A stretch of DNA of 64,000 nucleotides from Octopus sinensis (GCF_006345805.1 NC_043005.1:67332001-67396000), one strand, 5' to 3'. Counted from the first letter of the stretch, positions 14,124 through 28,643 are shown. The notes: generated by a model from the letters alone, not told the origin. Numbers and translations: made by a program.

Positions 14124-14497
14124 AAAAGTTATCGGTAAACGTTTTTGATTTTCACTCTCGATAAATTCATCCCCTTTTTGTGTTCCCAGCACTCGGCATC
14201 TTAATTTAGGAGCCCTTAATTGTATAACTACATGAATAATATTTTTCTATATGAATAATATTTTTGTCTTATGACTAATTCGTCTTTTGTGCTGGGCACC
14301 TGGTAGTAAATAATATTACTACCCTTCTTGTTTATATTCGTATATTACATGATGGATTTATTCGTAAAATTCTTCCCGGCATGCCCTATACTGCCGTGTA
14401 AATTTTGCGTCTGCGCAGAGATTTGAAAAGTTAAGATCTGCTAGTAGTCGGGTTCAACACATGGTCCCACATCGCTGCAGACCTCGATTAAATTTAG

Positions 14498-14577
14498 GCG
14501 ACTCGCTGATGAAGCTAGACTTAGCAAACATATTCTGTGTTTTGCTAGAAAGAAGCAGAAACCGCGGTTCGAGTTGT
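14498..14577 (+). ncRNA. Type I hammerhead ribozyme motif, copy 2
   Basis: Same core and stems as copy 1. Confidence 0.75.
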
Positions 14578-14950
14578 AAAAGTTATCGGTAAACGTTTTT
14601 GATTTTCACTCTCGATAAATTCTTCCCCTTTTTGTGTTCCCAGCACTCGGAATCTTAATTTAGGAGCCCTTAATTGTATAACTACATGAATAATATTTTT
14701 CTATATGAATAATATCTTTGTCTTATGACTAATTCGTCTTTTGTGCTGGGCACCTGGTAGTAAATAATATTACTACCCTTCTTGTTTATATTCGTATATT
14801 ACACGATGGATTTAATCGTAAAATTCTTCCCGGCATGCCCTATACTGCCGTGTAAATTTTGCGTCTGCGCAGAGATTTGAAAAGTTAAGATCTGCTAGTA
14901 GTCGGGTTCAACACATGGTCCACATCGCTGCAGACCTCGATTAAATTTAG

Positions 14951-15033
14951 GCGACTCGCTGATGAAGCTAGCCTTAGCAAACATATTCTGTGTTTTGCTA
15001 GAAAGAAGCAGAAAAAAACGCGGTTCGAGTTGT
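14951..15033 (+). ncRNA. Type I hammerhead motif, copy 3, with altered GAAA/stem III
   Basis: gaaaaaaacgcggtt instead of gaaaccgcggtt (mutation or homopolymer assembly error). Confidence 0.55.
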
Positions 15034-15264
15034 AAAAGTTATCGGTAAACGTTTTTGATTTTCACTCTCGATAAATCATCCCCTTTTTGTGTTCCCAGCA
15101 CTCGGCATCTTAATTTAGGAGCCCTTAATTGTATAACTACATGAATAATATTTTTTATATGAATAATATTTTTGTCTTATGACTAATTCGTCTTTTGTGC
15201 TGGGCACCTGGTAGTAAATAATATTACTACCCTTCTTGTTTATATTCGTATATATATATATATA

Positions 15265-16872
15265 CATTTGCGGCCAAAATGTTCAGAACGGCATTGTTTT
15301 CGTTAGAAAAGTAGGTATAAGTTTTTATTAAAGTTGTTCAATATTCTATAATTTTCAAAGACAATAAATACGATATGAATTGGTATTGTCTGAGATTTTG
15401 GTGTAATTGAATGGACAATACAAACGTTATGGATGATATAGTTATTTACTGCAAAACCTATGGCGGCCAAAACGATTAGAACGGTTGAAAAAATAACAAA
15501 ATAATCAAAAAGTGACAGAGAGTGCTGGAATTATTTCATATTTAGTGTGAAGCCCTTTAGCTTTAATCAAAGTTTGACATTTTTGACTGCATGGCGAAAT
15601 TAAATTTTCAATTTTTTACTGGGTGATCTTATCCCGTTCTTCCCGAAGAGCATTTCATAATTGCTCGGTTGTTTTAGGATTTCTGGCTTTCAAACGTTCT
15701 CCTAGAATATTCCACACATTTTCAATAGGATTGAGATCTGGGCTTTGAGCAGGCCAATCCATATCAATAACCTTTTCAGCCTTGAGGAAGTTCAGGACCA
15801 CCTTAGCCTTGTGACATGGGGCATTGTCCTGCATGAATATGGGTGGTCGCATAGTTGAATTTCTCAGCACAGGCAAGACATGATCTTTTACAAGTTGTTT
15901 ATAAACTCCTGCATTTACATTTCCATGTAATCGCACCAAAGGGCCCACAACATCTCCAGATATCATCTCCCAAACCATGACACTTCCTCCACCGAATTTA
16001 ACACTAGTCTTAAGGCATTTAGGTGACAATTTTCCACCTGCGTTTCGACGAACGTACTTTTTCCCATCTGAGTCAAATTACATAGACTTAGATTCATCAC
16101 TGAAATGCACCGTTCTTGAGACCACAACACATGTTCGGAGGCAAAGGTAAGACGACACTTTTTATTCTTGGAGCTGATCAGTGGCTTCACTGCAGGTGCC
16201 CTTGCTTGTAGGTCATGTTTAACTAAAGGACTAGACACAGTTTTTCGAGATAAAGTTTTCTTCAGTACAATGCTCATTTCCCGAGAAACAGCAGCAGCAG
16301 TTTTAAATCTGCCCTTTTTAACCAACTTTACCAAAGCACGATCTTCTCTCTTGGTCGTTTTTCTTGGCCTACCTGTAGACTTTCTTGCTTCACACGAACC
16401 AAAATCATCGTAGACCTTAAGAATACCGTTAACAACACTTTTTGACTTGTTAACAATCTTTGCAATAGACCTAATACTTAAATTATCCTTCTTTCGAAGC
16501 TTAATAATCTGCTGACGAATTGGTAACGGAGTAAGTGGCTTTATATTAACAAAGTACACTGCAGATATTCATATTAATGTTTAGTAAACGAACTGTCACG
16601 TAAACAAATTCAAAACATTAGAGTTCGACGGTTAAATATACTAAAACATGGAGTAAAAGCAACCGTTCTGATCATTTGTCCACCATGGGTTTTGCAGTAA
16701 ATCACTAAATCATGCATAACTTTTTTATTATCCTCTCAAATTACACCAAAATCTCAGACAATAACAAATAATATTGTATTTATTGTGAAAATTATAGAAT
16801 ATAAAACAACTTTGATAAAAACTTATACCTACTTTTCTGACGAAAACATTGCCGTTCTGAACATTTTGGCCG

Positions 16873-16878
<6 letters not shown>
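15265..16878 (-). mobile_element. Full-length Tc1 (DD34E) transposon with ~220-bp IR/DR-type TIRs
   Basis: TIRs at 15265-15487 and 16660-16878; TA on both sides; internal transposase. Confidence 0.92.
15540..16559 (-). pseudogene. Tc1 transposase, frameshifted
   Basis: HTH, GRPRKTT, FSDES (out of frame), GGGSVMVW, QDNAPCH-...-SPDLNPIEN with 34 residues between D and E. Confidence 0.9.
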
Positions 16879-16924
<46 letters not shown>

Positions 16925-17587
16925 ATACATGTGTGTTCGAGTGTGTATGACGGGGTTCTGCGCAAATTTAATCTACCAATCACAAGTCAGATACTTGCTC
17001 AAGGGCATCTAACTGTTAATGACATGATTGGGGAAGGATATTCTTAATATCAAACCCATACCAATGAATGGCAAGTGCCAATAGCTATACAAGATTATCT
17101 TCCAGTTGCTATAATTTGGTCTTGTATTTGAAACGGTGTTCGATCTACTTCAGGTTATCATGAAATCCACTTCGTAATAAAAGTGTTATAGAATGGGGTG
17201 GGGTGCAATATCCAATATTTTCTTATATGATTATGAGTTTGATATTCGATTGCTAATATAATCTGTCACATTTTTTCTTAGTTGTGGATGAGTGATCAGA
17301 GCTGATTTAACATATAATATTTCTCCATTTGACATTCGATTCATGTTACAGCTCAGTGGCGTTGAAATGTCAGGCCGTATCGATGAACTTCATTATTTTA
17401 AAGTTCAGCTTTATTGCAATTATTAGGTAAAACATTTTATACTCATTCCATTGTATGTGTACACACACATACAAAAAAACACATGCACACACACACACAC
17501 ATGCACGAACTCACACACACATACACACATGCATAAATATGTGTGTGAAAACATTCATGCACTAACAAATATATCTACATTCATAAA

Positions 17588-17935
17588 GGCGGCGAGCTGG
17601 CAGAAACGTTAGCACGCCGGGCGAAATGCTTAGCAGTATTTCGTCTGCCGTTACGTTCTGAGTTCAAATTCCGCCGAGGTCGACTTTGCCTTTCATCCTT
17701 TCGGAGTCGATTAAGTAAGTACCAGTTACGCACTGGGGTCGATATAATCGGCTTAATCCCTTTGTCTGTCCTTGTTTGTCCCGTGTGTATTTAGCCCCTT
17801 GTGGGCAATAAAGAAATAAGAAAGGTTAGCACGCCGGGCGAATTTCGCCAAGGTCGACTTTTCTTTTCATCCTTTCGGGGTCGATAAATTAAGTACCAGT
17901 TGTGTACTGGGGTCGATCTAATCGACTAGCCCCCT
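17588..17935 (+). mobile_element. tRNA-derived SINE family B with internally duplicated central domain
   Basis: ggcggcgagctggcagaaacgttagc head, gagttcaaattcc B box, two copies of the ..tttcatcctttcgg.gtcgat block; same structure at 45813. Confidence 0.85.
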
Positions 17936-20900
17936 ACTAATGTACTAATGATTAATATCCCTAATTTTTGAACGTGTAAATTGTTTGTTTTATAAGAGTA
18001 TAGTTTCGCAGGTAAAATCATCTATGAATTCTTTGCAAGACTGCCTTGAGTAAATTACACTATATAATATTATTCGTTTTGTTAAAAATTTAATTACGTC
18101 TCTTAGTAACAATTCGATTAGATTCTCAAGTACTGTGTTTTATTTTTGGTATCTTAGTAATAAAAAGTGGCCTGCTTTGGTGATGATATATCACGTTTAT
18201 TTCTTTAGTATTAAAGCTTTTAGCTATTACTATCAACTGGCTTTTTGCCTTATTTAACAGAATGATATGAACGAAAAATCATACTGCAATATCAATGCTA
18301 ATATGGTAGTCGCTGCTATAAGATCAGCAGTAGCAGCACTAGTTTCCATTCAGTGTTGATTCTTCTTATTATTCTTGTATCAAGCGTTTGTAACACTGCA
18401 CAATCTACTATTGAGTGACAGACTCTGATACGCATTAAAGGAATGTAAAACATAGAGTAAATGAGCGAAATCTTAGTGAATAGATTTTAAAGCATATTTA
18501 TCCATTAAGTCGAAATTGTTGCTAGGGTAACAGCTGATGCTGGGGAGATATTATGGACTTTCATTTAAATAGAATACGACTTAACTCTCATCAATAACAT
18601 TCAACAGATGAGAACCGATAGAATATCGATGGAATCTGCTTCAGTAACAGAACACAACTACCAAACAGAACGATATAGAGCGATAATTGATTGCAGAAGT
18701 CCGTCAATAATGCGATATAATGAGCAAAATGTATTGCGATTACTACTACTTCTACCACTACGTAAATTATTGATTTTACTCTAGAAACAAGATCATTTTT
18801 TTTCTTTTTTTTTTAAGCGACAATTACACATTCGATTAAAATATCTTCGATGAATTTCTGACATCTTTTTTCTCATTTTTAAGAAAATACGTCTTTTGAC
18901 GACAAGGCTGTTGATGTAAAGAGAGAAAATTAAACATTATAAATTGTCAACTTGCTGCCTTAACTAGCACTATTTTTGATTTCTTAGATATCACCGGAGA
19001 GCTTAGAAAAATACAAAAGCTGCGATTTACATAACTTTTCCGTGACCATTATCAGAGTTAATAAAATAAAATATATGATATAAGACTGCAATGGAGGCTC
19101 CATTATTTAGTATTATGTTTTTTGCTCTGCAACATTCAGCAGTTAAAAGCATCTTTATTGGGAGAGATGGCATAGTCAATTGAATCGATCCCGTTATATT
19201 ATAGGAATTTATTTTATTCTTCCTTTTCCGACGGGATCTATGCTCGTAATTTATAGATGCAAAATGAAGCAAAATAACGCAATTTAGTTTTACGAGTAAG
19301 TATTTCTGCCAAAGGCCACCCTTACAAGTGTAACAAATATTTGTGTGATCAGGGAAAATTTAAACCTACGGCAAAACACGCTAACAATCCAATTACAACT
19401 CTAAGTTTAAGCTAATATATTTCACTAACATGAATATTGTCAAAAAGAATGGTGTTCAAAGCCAAACAATATTAATCCCTTTAAATATGTATTACCTTTT
19501 GCCAATTACGTTATCAATAATAACTGCGATAATATAATAACAGAGCCATTACAAAACCACATGCGAAACTCTTCTATATGTAATTACATGACTTTCTGTG
19601 GCAAAATAAGAAATTTTGCTTTGATCATTAGAACTGACAAGATGAATTGCTTAGTATAAATAAATAGGATTAGCATTCCCCCACCTATTGCTTCTAATAT
19701 AAATGGAATAAATTATTTGGAAGCTGAGACCAGTAAGAATAAAAGAATATCAAAAAGATCACTGAAGAATAGCATGCATAAGAGAAACAGTAGTTGGGAG
19801 AAAACAAATGCAAATACGAACACATATACTTATACATACATCGTATATCTTATACATAAATGGCAATTTCTGCCTGTTACCATCTTGCTGCCTACACCAG
19901 TGAACAAATATTGGCGAAACTTTGCATACATGTTAAACTAACATCCAGTCCATTTATCAGCTAACTAGATTCCAATACAAATCTATAGGGATGTTGGAGT
20001 ATTATTTCATAAAATGAGAAGCGTGCAAAAATTGTTAGTGTGAGGGAAATGTGGTAGCATAATGAGTGTGGGTAATATCAGGGAAGAGGAGAACAGCGTT
20101 GCGTAGGCAACAAATATGGAGTGATAGTGGGGTGGTAAAGTTAATACAGATGTCAGTCACCGATGTACACGCGACGCTGCATACGTATAAGTAACGTTTA
20201 AAACGCCGAAGAAGAGAAACTAAGGTGGGGTGAGGAATACATAGCTTTAAGCAGAGACGTAGGTGGCTTTTTTGATGTCCATATATATATATATACACAT
20301 ACATACATGTGTACATAAATACTACATACATACATATATACATACACATGTCTACTATACACTATTCTAAACTTGTGATTAACTTCGTGTACGTTTGTAG
20401 ATGTGTGTGTATGTGTGTGTGTGTACGTGTGTATGTATGTGTGTGTGTGTGCCTCTGTGTTTGTGTGTGTTTGTGTGCGTGTGTGATGTCCTATAACTGT
20501 CTCTACTTTTGTAGGATCTTCCCTGTTGCTGTCACATATTGTGAAATTTTAAAAATATGTCAAAATTTTCAAATTTGATATGTTGTAATAATAATTCAGC
20601 GTTAAATCCGATTTTGTTAATTATTTGTTCCTGAAAAATAGCAGAAAATTGTTACTGAGGTTTAAAATTTAATCAATTTTACTTAATCAGAAAACGGGAT
20701 TTGGAAGCTAACATTTTCAGCATGATAGCCGTCTATCACAAAATAAAATCAAAATCTTTACGAAGAGGATTTTCTATTAAAAAAACTAAAGCAAAGTATT
20801 TCGACGACCAAAGTTGTAAGAACGTCTGAAGTATTAGTAAGTTTTGATGAATAAACGGTCGAATATGCATATAAATAATTTTAAAATAAAAAACAAATCC

Positions 20901-22939
20901 TCAGTGAAGTGTTTTTGCGAAAAATTGCATAAATCTGTCCTGACCAAGAAATCTATCTGTCGGGGAAGGCATGGTCTGACATGAAATAAACAAAAAAAAT
21001 AGAGAAAACACTCTGTTGTAAAACTGGTCAGCAACGGCATGCTCTTCAGCCAGCATATATATATATATTATATATATATATAATATATATATATTATATA
21101 TATATATATATATACATAAGACGGGCTTCTTTCAGTTTTCGTGTAAAATATCCAATATGTGTGTGTGTGTCTGTCTGTGTATGTGTGTGTGTGTGTTTGT
21201 ACAGATAGATAGACTGGCAGATGTAGATATATAATATAAATATATACTTGTGTACGCACACACACATATATAACTATATATTATTCAAGTATCATTATAT
21301 AGGAAGGAGTTTTACGTCTAATACTAGAGAAATTCGAGCCACGTTTGTTAGTTTATTATCACTCAGTGCATCTAGTCTGTGTATTTGTTTCGATATCTTC
21401 AGTTATGGAACTCGTAATATTTATTCGTTTCACTTCTACTCTGTCGTTTCTATCAATTTGTGTTCTGTGTTTTGACTAAAAACATTTCACCTTGTAGTGT
21501 ACCAACCAGAGATACTTCAGAGTCATTTTTGTAATTCTCCAAATACATATAGTTTAATATGTTACATGAATAATTTTTTGTGTGAAGCAAAATTATATTT
21601 GTTGCATTGAACAACAAAAATATCTTCGAACTGTTCTAAAATGCTTCTTAGAAGTAATATGTATACACGGAATAAGTCAAACAAACGTCAGAGCGATATA
21701 TTTCAAACAGTATCTAAACGCTGGGAGTATGTTTCGCTGTAAATTAGACATCTAAAGATGCAATGTAATGAACAAATACCATAATTGTAATGTAGTTTGT
21801 CACACAGTATATATTTAGGAGTATTATAGTCATTATTGCATAGAATGTTCAGTTGACAGAAAATAGACAGAGAAAAGAACGTATTTGAATCCCGAAAGAG
21901 AATGAAACTTGTGTTTCAGACATTATACGACTGGGGACTTTGCATATGTTTCATATATTGAGCTTCACTTGACAGAAAATATTACCATCAACATGTCGTT
22001 TATCATCTAATGAGATATTGCAGATGATTTTCAGGAAACAATTTGTAAAATCAGAATGAATGATATAAAATATTGCTAGCGCTTCTAAGTGATATTGAAT
22101 ATAGACTAATCCTGAAAGAATTTTATGGCTTTTATTGAGTGCGCCATTGACCTTCTAAGAGCACGGACACACGTAGCATCGAAATGACTCATGTACATCT
22201 AGAAATACTGCAAGTCGACAAATGTAAAAAAGATTATACTCAATGGTATGTGCTAACCTGGAAATAGAGACAAAGGCAGTTTGATGATTTTTTTTTCGAT
22301 GAATTGATGTGGAGGCCATTAGTTGTCACTAAATAGAGAGAACGTTGTAGTAGCAGTAGAAACATACAATCGAAGACCACAGTGAGTGAATATCTAGAGT
22401 AGTTTCGCATGTAACACCAGAGCTGACTTTAATGCAAATGAAAATCATTTGTTCGAGGTTGAAGAATTATCTGGCTTCAAAGAGAGAAGTTAATCAGTCT
22501 AAGCGTAACACGAAATAGCAATACTTCCTCTGAGTAAACATTATGCATTTCCAGAGAAGCCTGGGTATATCCTTAAAGGGCATACCAACACCAACCAGGA
22601 AGACTTATCTTGAATTGATACATCTAGAAATCATCGCCCTATTCGGTCTGACTTCATTATTATACACTATTCGACTATAGCACAAATTAACCAATCTGGA
22701 GTCCATTTATACAGCAGATACTCTAATAAGACTGACTCCATTTATACATATACTATAACAAGAGTTTGGAGTGATTTGTTCTATTCGACGGGAGTCGAAA
22801 ATTCCGATCAGATGCAACGCTTCTAAGCATAACACAGAATATCAACACACCCTAGCTGATTAAACATTGTCAGATCGTTCATTTTTAGGTTTTATTGTTA
22901 AAAATGCACACTTACATTCACCAAATTTCATCCCAATCT

Positions 22940-23468
22940 CAGCGAAAGATTGGATGATGAAGTACCCAGTATCATAGAAGCCATAGCCACTCATAATAAA
23001 AGGGAGTACTGGTGGAATATCCCAGTGAAAAACTCGATAAAATGTAAACAAAATTGAACTGATAAAGGATTTGAGATAGAGAAGAGAAACTATGCATAGT
23101 TGAGGAAATTAGCTGCCCAGCGGATGTTAACATAAAGCTGAAGATCAGTGAAAAAGAGAACACCTACGCTGACCTATTGAGTAATCTGCAGTTACTTTAT
23201 CCAGATTACAAGTTCAGGTTTATAGCTGTAATTATTGTGGTACTGGGATATGAAACATTCTGCCTAAATACCAATCTTAAGAAATTAGGCTTCACAAAAC
23301 TAGAAATGAGAAAGCTAATTCGAAGACTACAGATACAATCCATCACTGGAACTGTAAAAATCTGTAAAACTTCCCAGAAGTTTATCATTTAAATGTGTAT
23401 GAGCATGTCTAAATTTATAAGTATATGCATACGAGTAATACGTAAAACATGCAAATCTGCACGTCTGC
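22940..23468 (+). mobile_element. R4/Dong-like LINE 3' fragment (RLE domain plus 3' UTR)
   Basis: YWWNIPV...DREEKLCIVEEISCPADVNIKLKISEKENTY...LQIQSITGTVKICK; ends in (TAGA)n. Confidence 0.8.
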
Positions 23469-23525
<57 letters not shown>

Positions 23526-23587
23526 ATAGATAGATACATACATACATACATACATACATACACACATACATATATATATATATATAT

Positions 23588-23633
<46 letters not shown>

Positions 23634-23699
23634 TACATACATACATACATATATACATACACATACATACATATATAAATAAATACACACATACATATA

Positions 23700-25435
23700 T
23701 ACTGCTACGAAAAATCGAAGCAAAATCCGCTGTTGGCTATATGAATCGATTGAAATCATATTGGGATGATCTGCATTCAGAATTAAATCATTTTACTGCG
23801 AAGAAACTATGCCAACAAGCAAAATTGGTAGAACATAGACAGAAGGTTAGTGACTGTAACTTTATTAAAATATCGAAAATTAAAATTCTTTCCAACACTA
23901 TAAACAAAAATGATAACGTGCATTATATAAGACTACTACGTCGTTTCGCAGCTAGCGACATTCCAACAGATTTCATACTGCCTACCCGCGAAACTACATT
24001 ACTAGCCCAAGCAACTGACCACTGTCTACCTGCTACGACTGTAGGCACAATCACAACGGTTATTGTAGTGGTAATGGTAGTCCGGATTATATGCCGTTGA
24101 AATGTGCCCTTACTGAAATTTCCCGAGAAAAAAAAAATTTGGCTTTGAAGTACTCCCTCGAGGAGAGAGTATTCTCTACCAAAGTAAGTAAGTAAAAACA
24201 AAACACCAGATACAGTATTAAAAGCGGTTAACGAAATTGGTGATGAGTATTTACAACAGTGTGATGAACCCACATGCTGGCAGATTAAGGCATGTCTATA
24301 TGCTCTGGCTACCACTGTAAAGCAATGCTTAAATGATATTCAGAAAGTAAGCAAAACCGAAATAGCAAAGAAAGACTCACGTTAAGGAAGTCTAAGGATA
24401 TCTCACTGGTTCACAAAAATACCAATATAACACAGTTCTTTGTGGATGGCTTATAACTTTTTGCAAAGTATATGCATGAGATGAAAAAGATCCTTGACCT
24501 AGTTACAACATTCTCCAAGGTTGGTCAGGATAAATGGTGTATGGTTGTGAAAAGGAGGAAAACTATAAACAAGACTAGTAGCGTCTACATCAATGATTTT
24601 ACTGTTTTCCCTGTATCTGAACGGTAATGTTACAGGTACGTAGGGTTGGATGAAAATATATCTTACAATGCCACCTGTGAAAAAACACGTGTCACTAAAA
24701 AATATTACAGCCGAATAAAGAAAATTTGGACCTCAGAGCTCTCTGCACTCAATAAAACAGCAGTCCACAATGCGTTTGCAGTGCCAGTACTCATACCAAC
24801 ATTTGGATTGCTTGATTGGACGCTTGATGAGATCCGAACCATTGATGTGAAAACCCGAAAAATACTAACAAACACACATAATATCCACATAAACAGTGAC
24901 GTAGACAGTCCCTACCTAAAACGAAAACAAGGCGGCAGAGGCTTAACGTCGATCCAAAATGCCTTTGAATGTCGCATCATATCCCTTCAGCAACATGTTA
25001 ACATAAAGCGGAAGATCAGTGAAAAAGAGAACACCTATGCTGACCTATTGAGTAATCTGCAGTTACTTTATCCAGATTGCATGTTCAGGTTTACACCTGT
25101 AAATATTGGGGTACTACTATATGTAACACACTGCCTAAATACCAATCTTAGGAAATTAGGCTTCTCAAATCTAGAAATAAGAAAGCTAATTCGAAGACTA
25201 CAGATACAATCCATCACTGGCACTGTAAAAATCTGTATAACTTTCCACAAGTTTATCATTTAAATGTGTATGAGCATGTCTAGATATGCAAGTATATGCA
25301 TTAGAATACATACATAAAACATAAAAATCTGCACATACATACAAACAACAATACCCTGCTGTTGATGTTGAAATTCCACTGAAAGTTAGAAACCAGATCT
25401 TTGTCTCTGGCAAGAAATCTTGAAATAAAATACAT
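23700..25435 (+). mobile_element. Internally deleted R4/Dong-like LINE
   Basis: N-terminal [13 protein letters not shown] remnants FFVDG and YRYVG, YLKRKQGGRGL, fused to the RLE C-terminus shared with 23130-23390; followed by (TAGA)n. Confidence 0.82.
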
Positions 25436-25450
25436 AAGTAGACGGGCGGC

Positions 25451-25641
<191 letters not shown>

Positions 25642-26410
25642 TAAACAGTTCATTGAAATACAAGTTCATTATTCAGAAATATAAGATCAACTTGCATTAT
25701 ATGTACCTTCACTTCTCTACCATACATCCTCCCACACTCATACATCATCCCCGACTCTCTTCATAATTCTCCACCCGTTTTTCTAATTTCCTCATCGAAT
25801 TACTTAACCATCCTTTTTTCCCTCTTCAAAGAGTTAATATACATACATTTTCCTCTTGCTCTTTTCTCATCATTAGAATTTTGGAAACCATCAGCTTCTC
25901 CGGAAAACACAAAATGTACTCCACTTTCATAACATTGATTCTTCAACGTTAATTTTCCAGTCATTGATCACCGATTATATGCAGAAACATGCTCTACTTG
26001 AACTATGGATGTAAAGAGAGATATTCTATGTATATTTTTCTTGTAACTGATACAATATAAAATTATTATCCGTTGCTATCTTCCATAACACATGTAGTAT
26101 GGCCAGTGCAGTTCGAAGGTATTTAAAAGAATTTTAAAAAGTTAAATATAGGAAGAAAGTTTTTAAATAAAATTTTATTCATTTTGCCATGTTCATTAAA
26201 ATGGATTACTTATCGAAAAGTATAATTATGACATGCAACATATGCCGAATTATAATTCGTGTGGAGTTCCTGGATTTTTAGCAAATACCGTTGTATCAGG
26301 TGCTGATATAAAGTACAAACACGTCTAAAATTGTATTTTATGAATCATTGTTTCTTTCTTTCTGTCTCTATCTTTCTCTCCCTCTCTTTGCATACTCACA
26401 CACACATGCA

Positions 26411-26516
<106 letters not shown>

Positions 26517-27873
26517 TGTGTGTGCGTGTGTGTGTGTGTGTGTGTAATTATATATATTTATATATATATAAATATATACTTAGTTCCATTTGAAAAATCC
26601 ACCAGAATGGACGAAAGCGCTATTAAATATGATATATGATATAAGTTATATGTAATATACTAATAAATATCCGTAAACATAAAACCATCCGAATTTGTGA
26701 GTACCTTATTTCTTCTAATATAAAATACCTGTACATCATCTCCAATATATATATATATATATGTATATATATATGTATGTATATATATATATTCATATAA
26801 ACTTGCAAACATATATGTGTATGTGTAGTTAGGTAGCTAGCTAGCTAGCTAGGTATTATGTATATTTCATAAATGTTATAGCGGAGTGTGAAATATTCTT
26901 AATTGTTAATTAAGACAGTCTCATTTCTTTGAATATTCAATTTTAAACGGAGGAGTAATTACTAAAAAGAATTGGAAATTAATTTTTAATAAACAAAACC
27001 GAACAAATATTTAATAAATTGCGTAACATACTACTTTCTGGCACAATTGACTTTTGCCGGATACATTTTCATTTTCGTATTGAAAATATTGATGGATATT
27101 TCATTAATCGAACAACATATTCGAATGTTTTCTTTTTTCTTTTTGTATTTATTTACAAATAGTCTGCTGAAGTTAATGACTGAATTTCAATAACAGTCTG
27201 ACGTGTTGACGTTTTGGCATATTGAAAAATATTTGTAAAATAGAATTCCTACATACCACAAATATCTCATTCAAATTACATTGGTCATCAATGTAATTTC
27301 AAGACAAAGTCTCACTCTTGCAACACTGTTAATCTCTAACAATTTTTCTCTTTCGATTAACACGAAATTGAAGAAAGTTATCTATAACGAATATGATACA
27401 CTTGAGAACCTTTTGCACGACTTAATACTAGGTGTCCTATTTAAAATATTTTGTAGAGAAATCATTTGAAATCGTTAGTTAATAACAAAAAAAAAAACTA
27501 TTTGTTTTATATTTCACTCAAGAAAAAGTAATGACAAAATCGTGATACGAATAGTTAGTTGTTTCAACAATATTATACAATAGTATTCTATTATATAACA
27601 TGCTATGAAGTATACTGCATAATAAAGACAAGGCGTATCCAATATTGAAAAACTCTATATAATTTCCTTTCAATTTTTGAAAATTTGAAATACATTTTTC
27701 TCAGTTCCATACAGAGAATAATGTAATTTCAAATGCACACGAAATTTCTTTATGCACATATATTAATATACATGAAAGTAATTGTAAATGAAAATATTGT
27801 CAAGCTGTAAAAGCGTACTCGTACATGTCTTCCATTCGTACTCTCCCTTTATGCTTTCTTTATTCACCTGCAT

Positions 27874-28217
27874 GTGAAGGCGCATGGCTCAGTGGTTAGA
27901 GCGTCGAGCTTACGATCGTGAGGTTGTGAGCTCGAATCCCGGACCGGGCTGCGTGTTGTGTTCTTGAGCAAGGCACTTTATTTCACGTTGCTCCAGTTCA
28001 CTCAGCTGTAGAAATGAGTTGCGACATCACTGGTGCCAAGCTGTATCGGCCCCTTTGTCCTTCCCTTGGATAATATCAGTGGTGGGGAGAGGGAAGGCTG
28101 GTATGCATGGGCGACTGCTGGTCTTCCTTAAACAACCTTGCCCGGACTTGTGTCTAGGAGGGTAACTTTCTAGGTGCAATCCCATGGTCATTCATGACCG
28201 AAGGGGGTCTTTACCCC
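27874..28217 (+). mobile_element. tRNA-derived SINE family C with 16-bp TSD
   Basis: A box tggctcagtgg, B box-like gagctcgaatccc; ctttattcacctgcat at 27858-27873 and 28218-28233. Confidence 0.9.
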
Positions 28218-28643
28218 CTTTATTCACCTGCATTGCCTTTCTTCTTTCAATCCTTACACGTTCATCAACTTTGTCGATTACTCGTCCTCATCCGATAACT
28301 GATAGAAAAGAGAGGGAGATGATAAATAAAGCGGTGTGACTGATTGACACCTTGAAATAAAAAAAGAAGTAAATGATAAATATGTAAAATACACAAGATG
28401 CACGTAAAGCTTAGGATCTTTCGGCCTTCATTGTACCTAACGGTAGATTCAAAGCTTAAAGGTGACAATTCATCTTCAATTTTAGAATGTTGGTTTGTAT
28501 CTTTGTGGGTACGTTCTTTTATATTTTAATTCTTTAATTGCTTCAGTTATTTGACTGCGGTCATGCTGAAGTAACGCCTTTAGTCGAACAAATCGATCCC
28601 CAGTTATCAAGCGATGATGAGGAGACAAACACAGACACACAAG

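Larger units (their letters stand above)
13670..15252 (+). repeat. Tandem array of ~3.5 near-identical 453-456-bp units, each full unit carrying an HHR (retrozyme/pLTR-like)
   Basis: Anchor aaaagttatcggtaaacg recurs at 13671, 14124, 14578 and 15034; no ORF; flanked by (TA)n. Confidence 0.95.

Noticed and set aside
13670-15252. CRISPR array or ordinary satellite interpretation
   Set aside because: No unique spacers; units are ~454 bp, contain an HHR and lie in a eukaryotic context
27879-27950. tRNA gene
   Set aside because: tRNA-like head continues into a SINE body with a TSD and has multiple diverged copies
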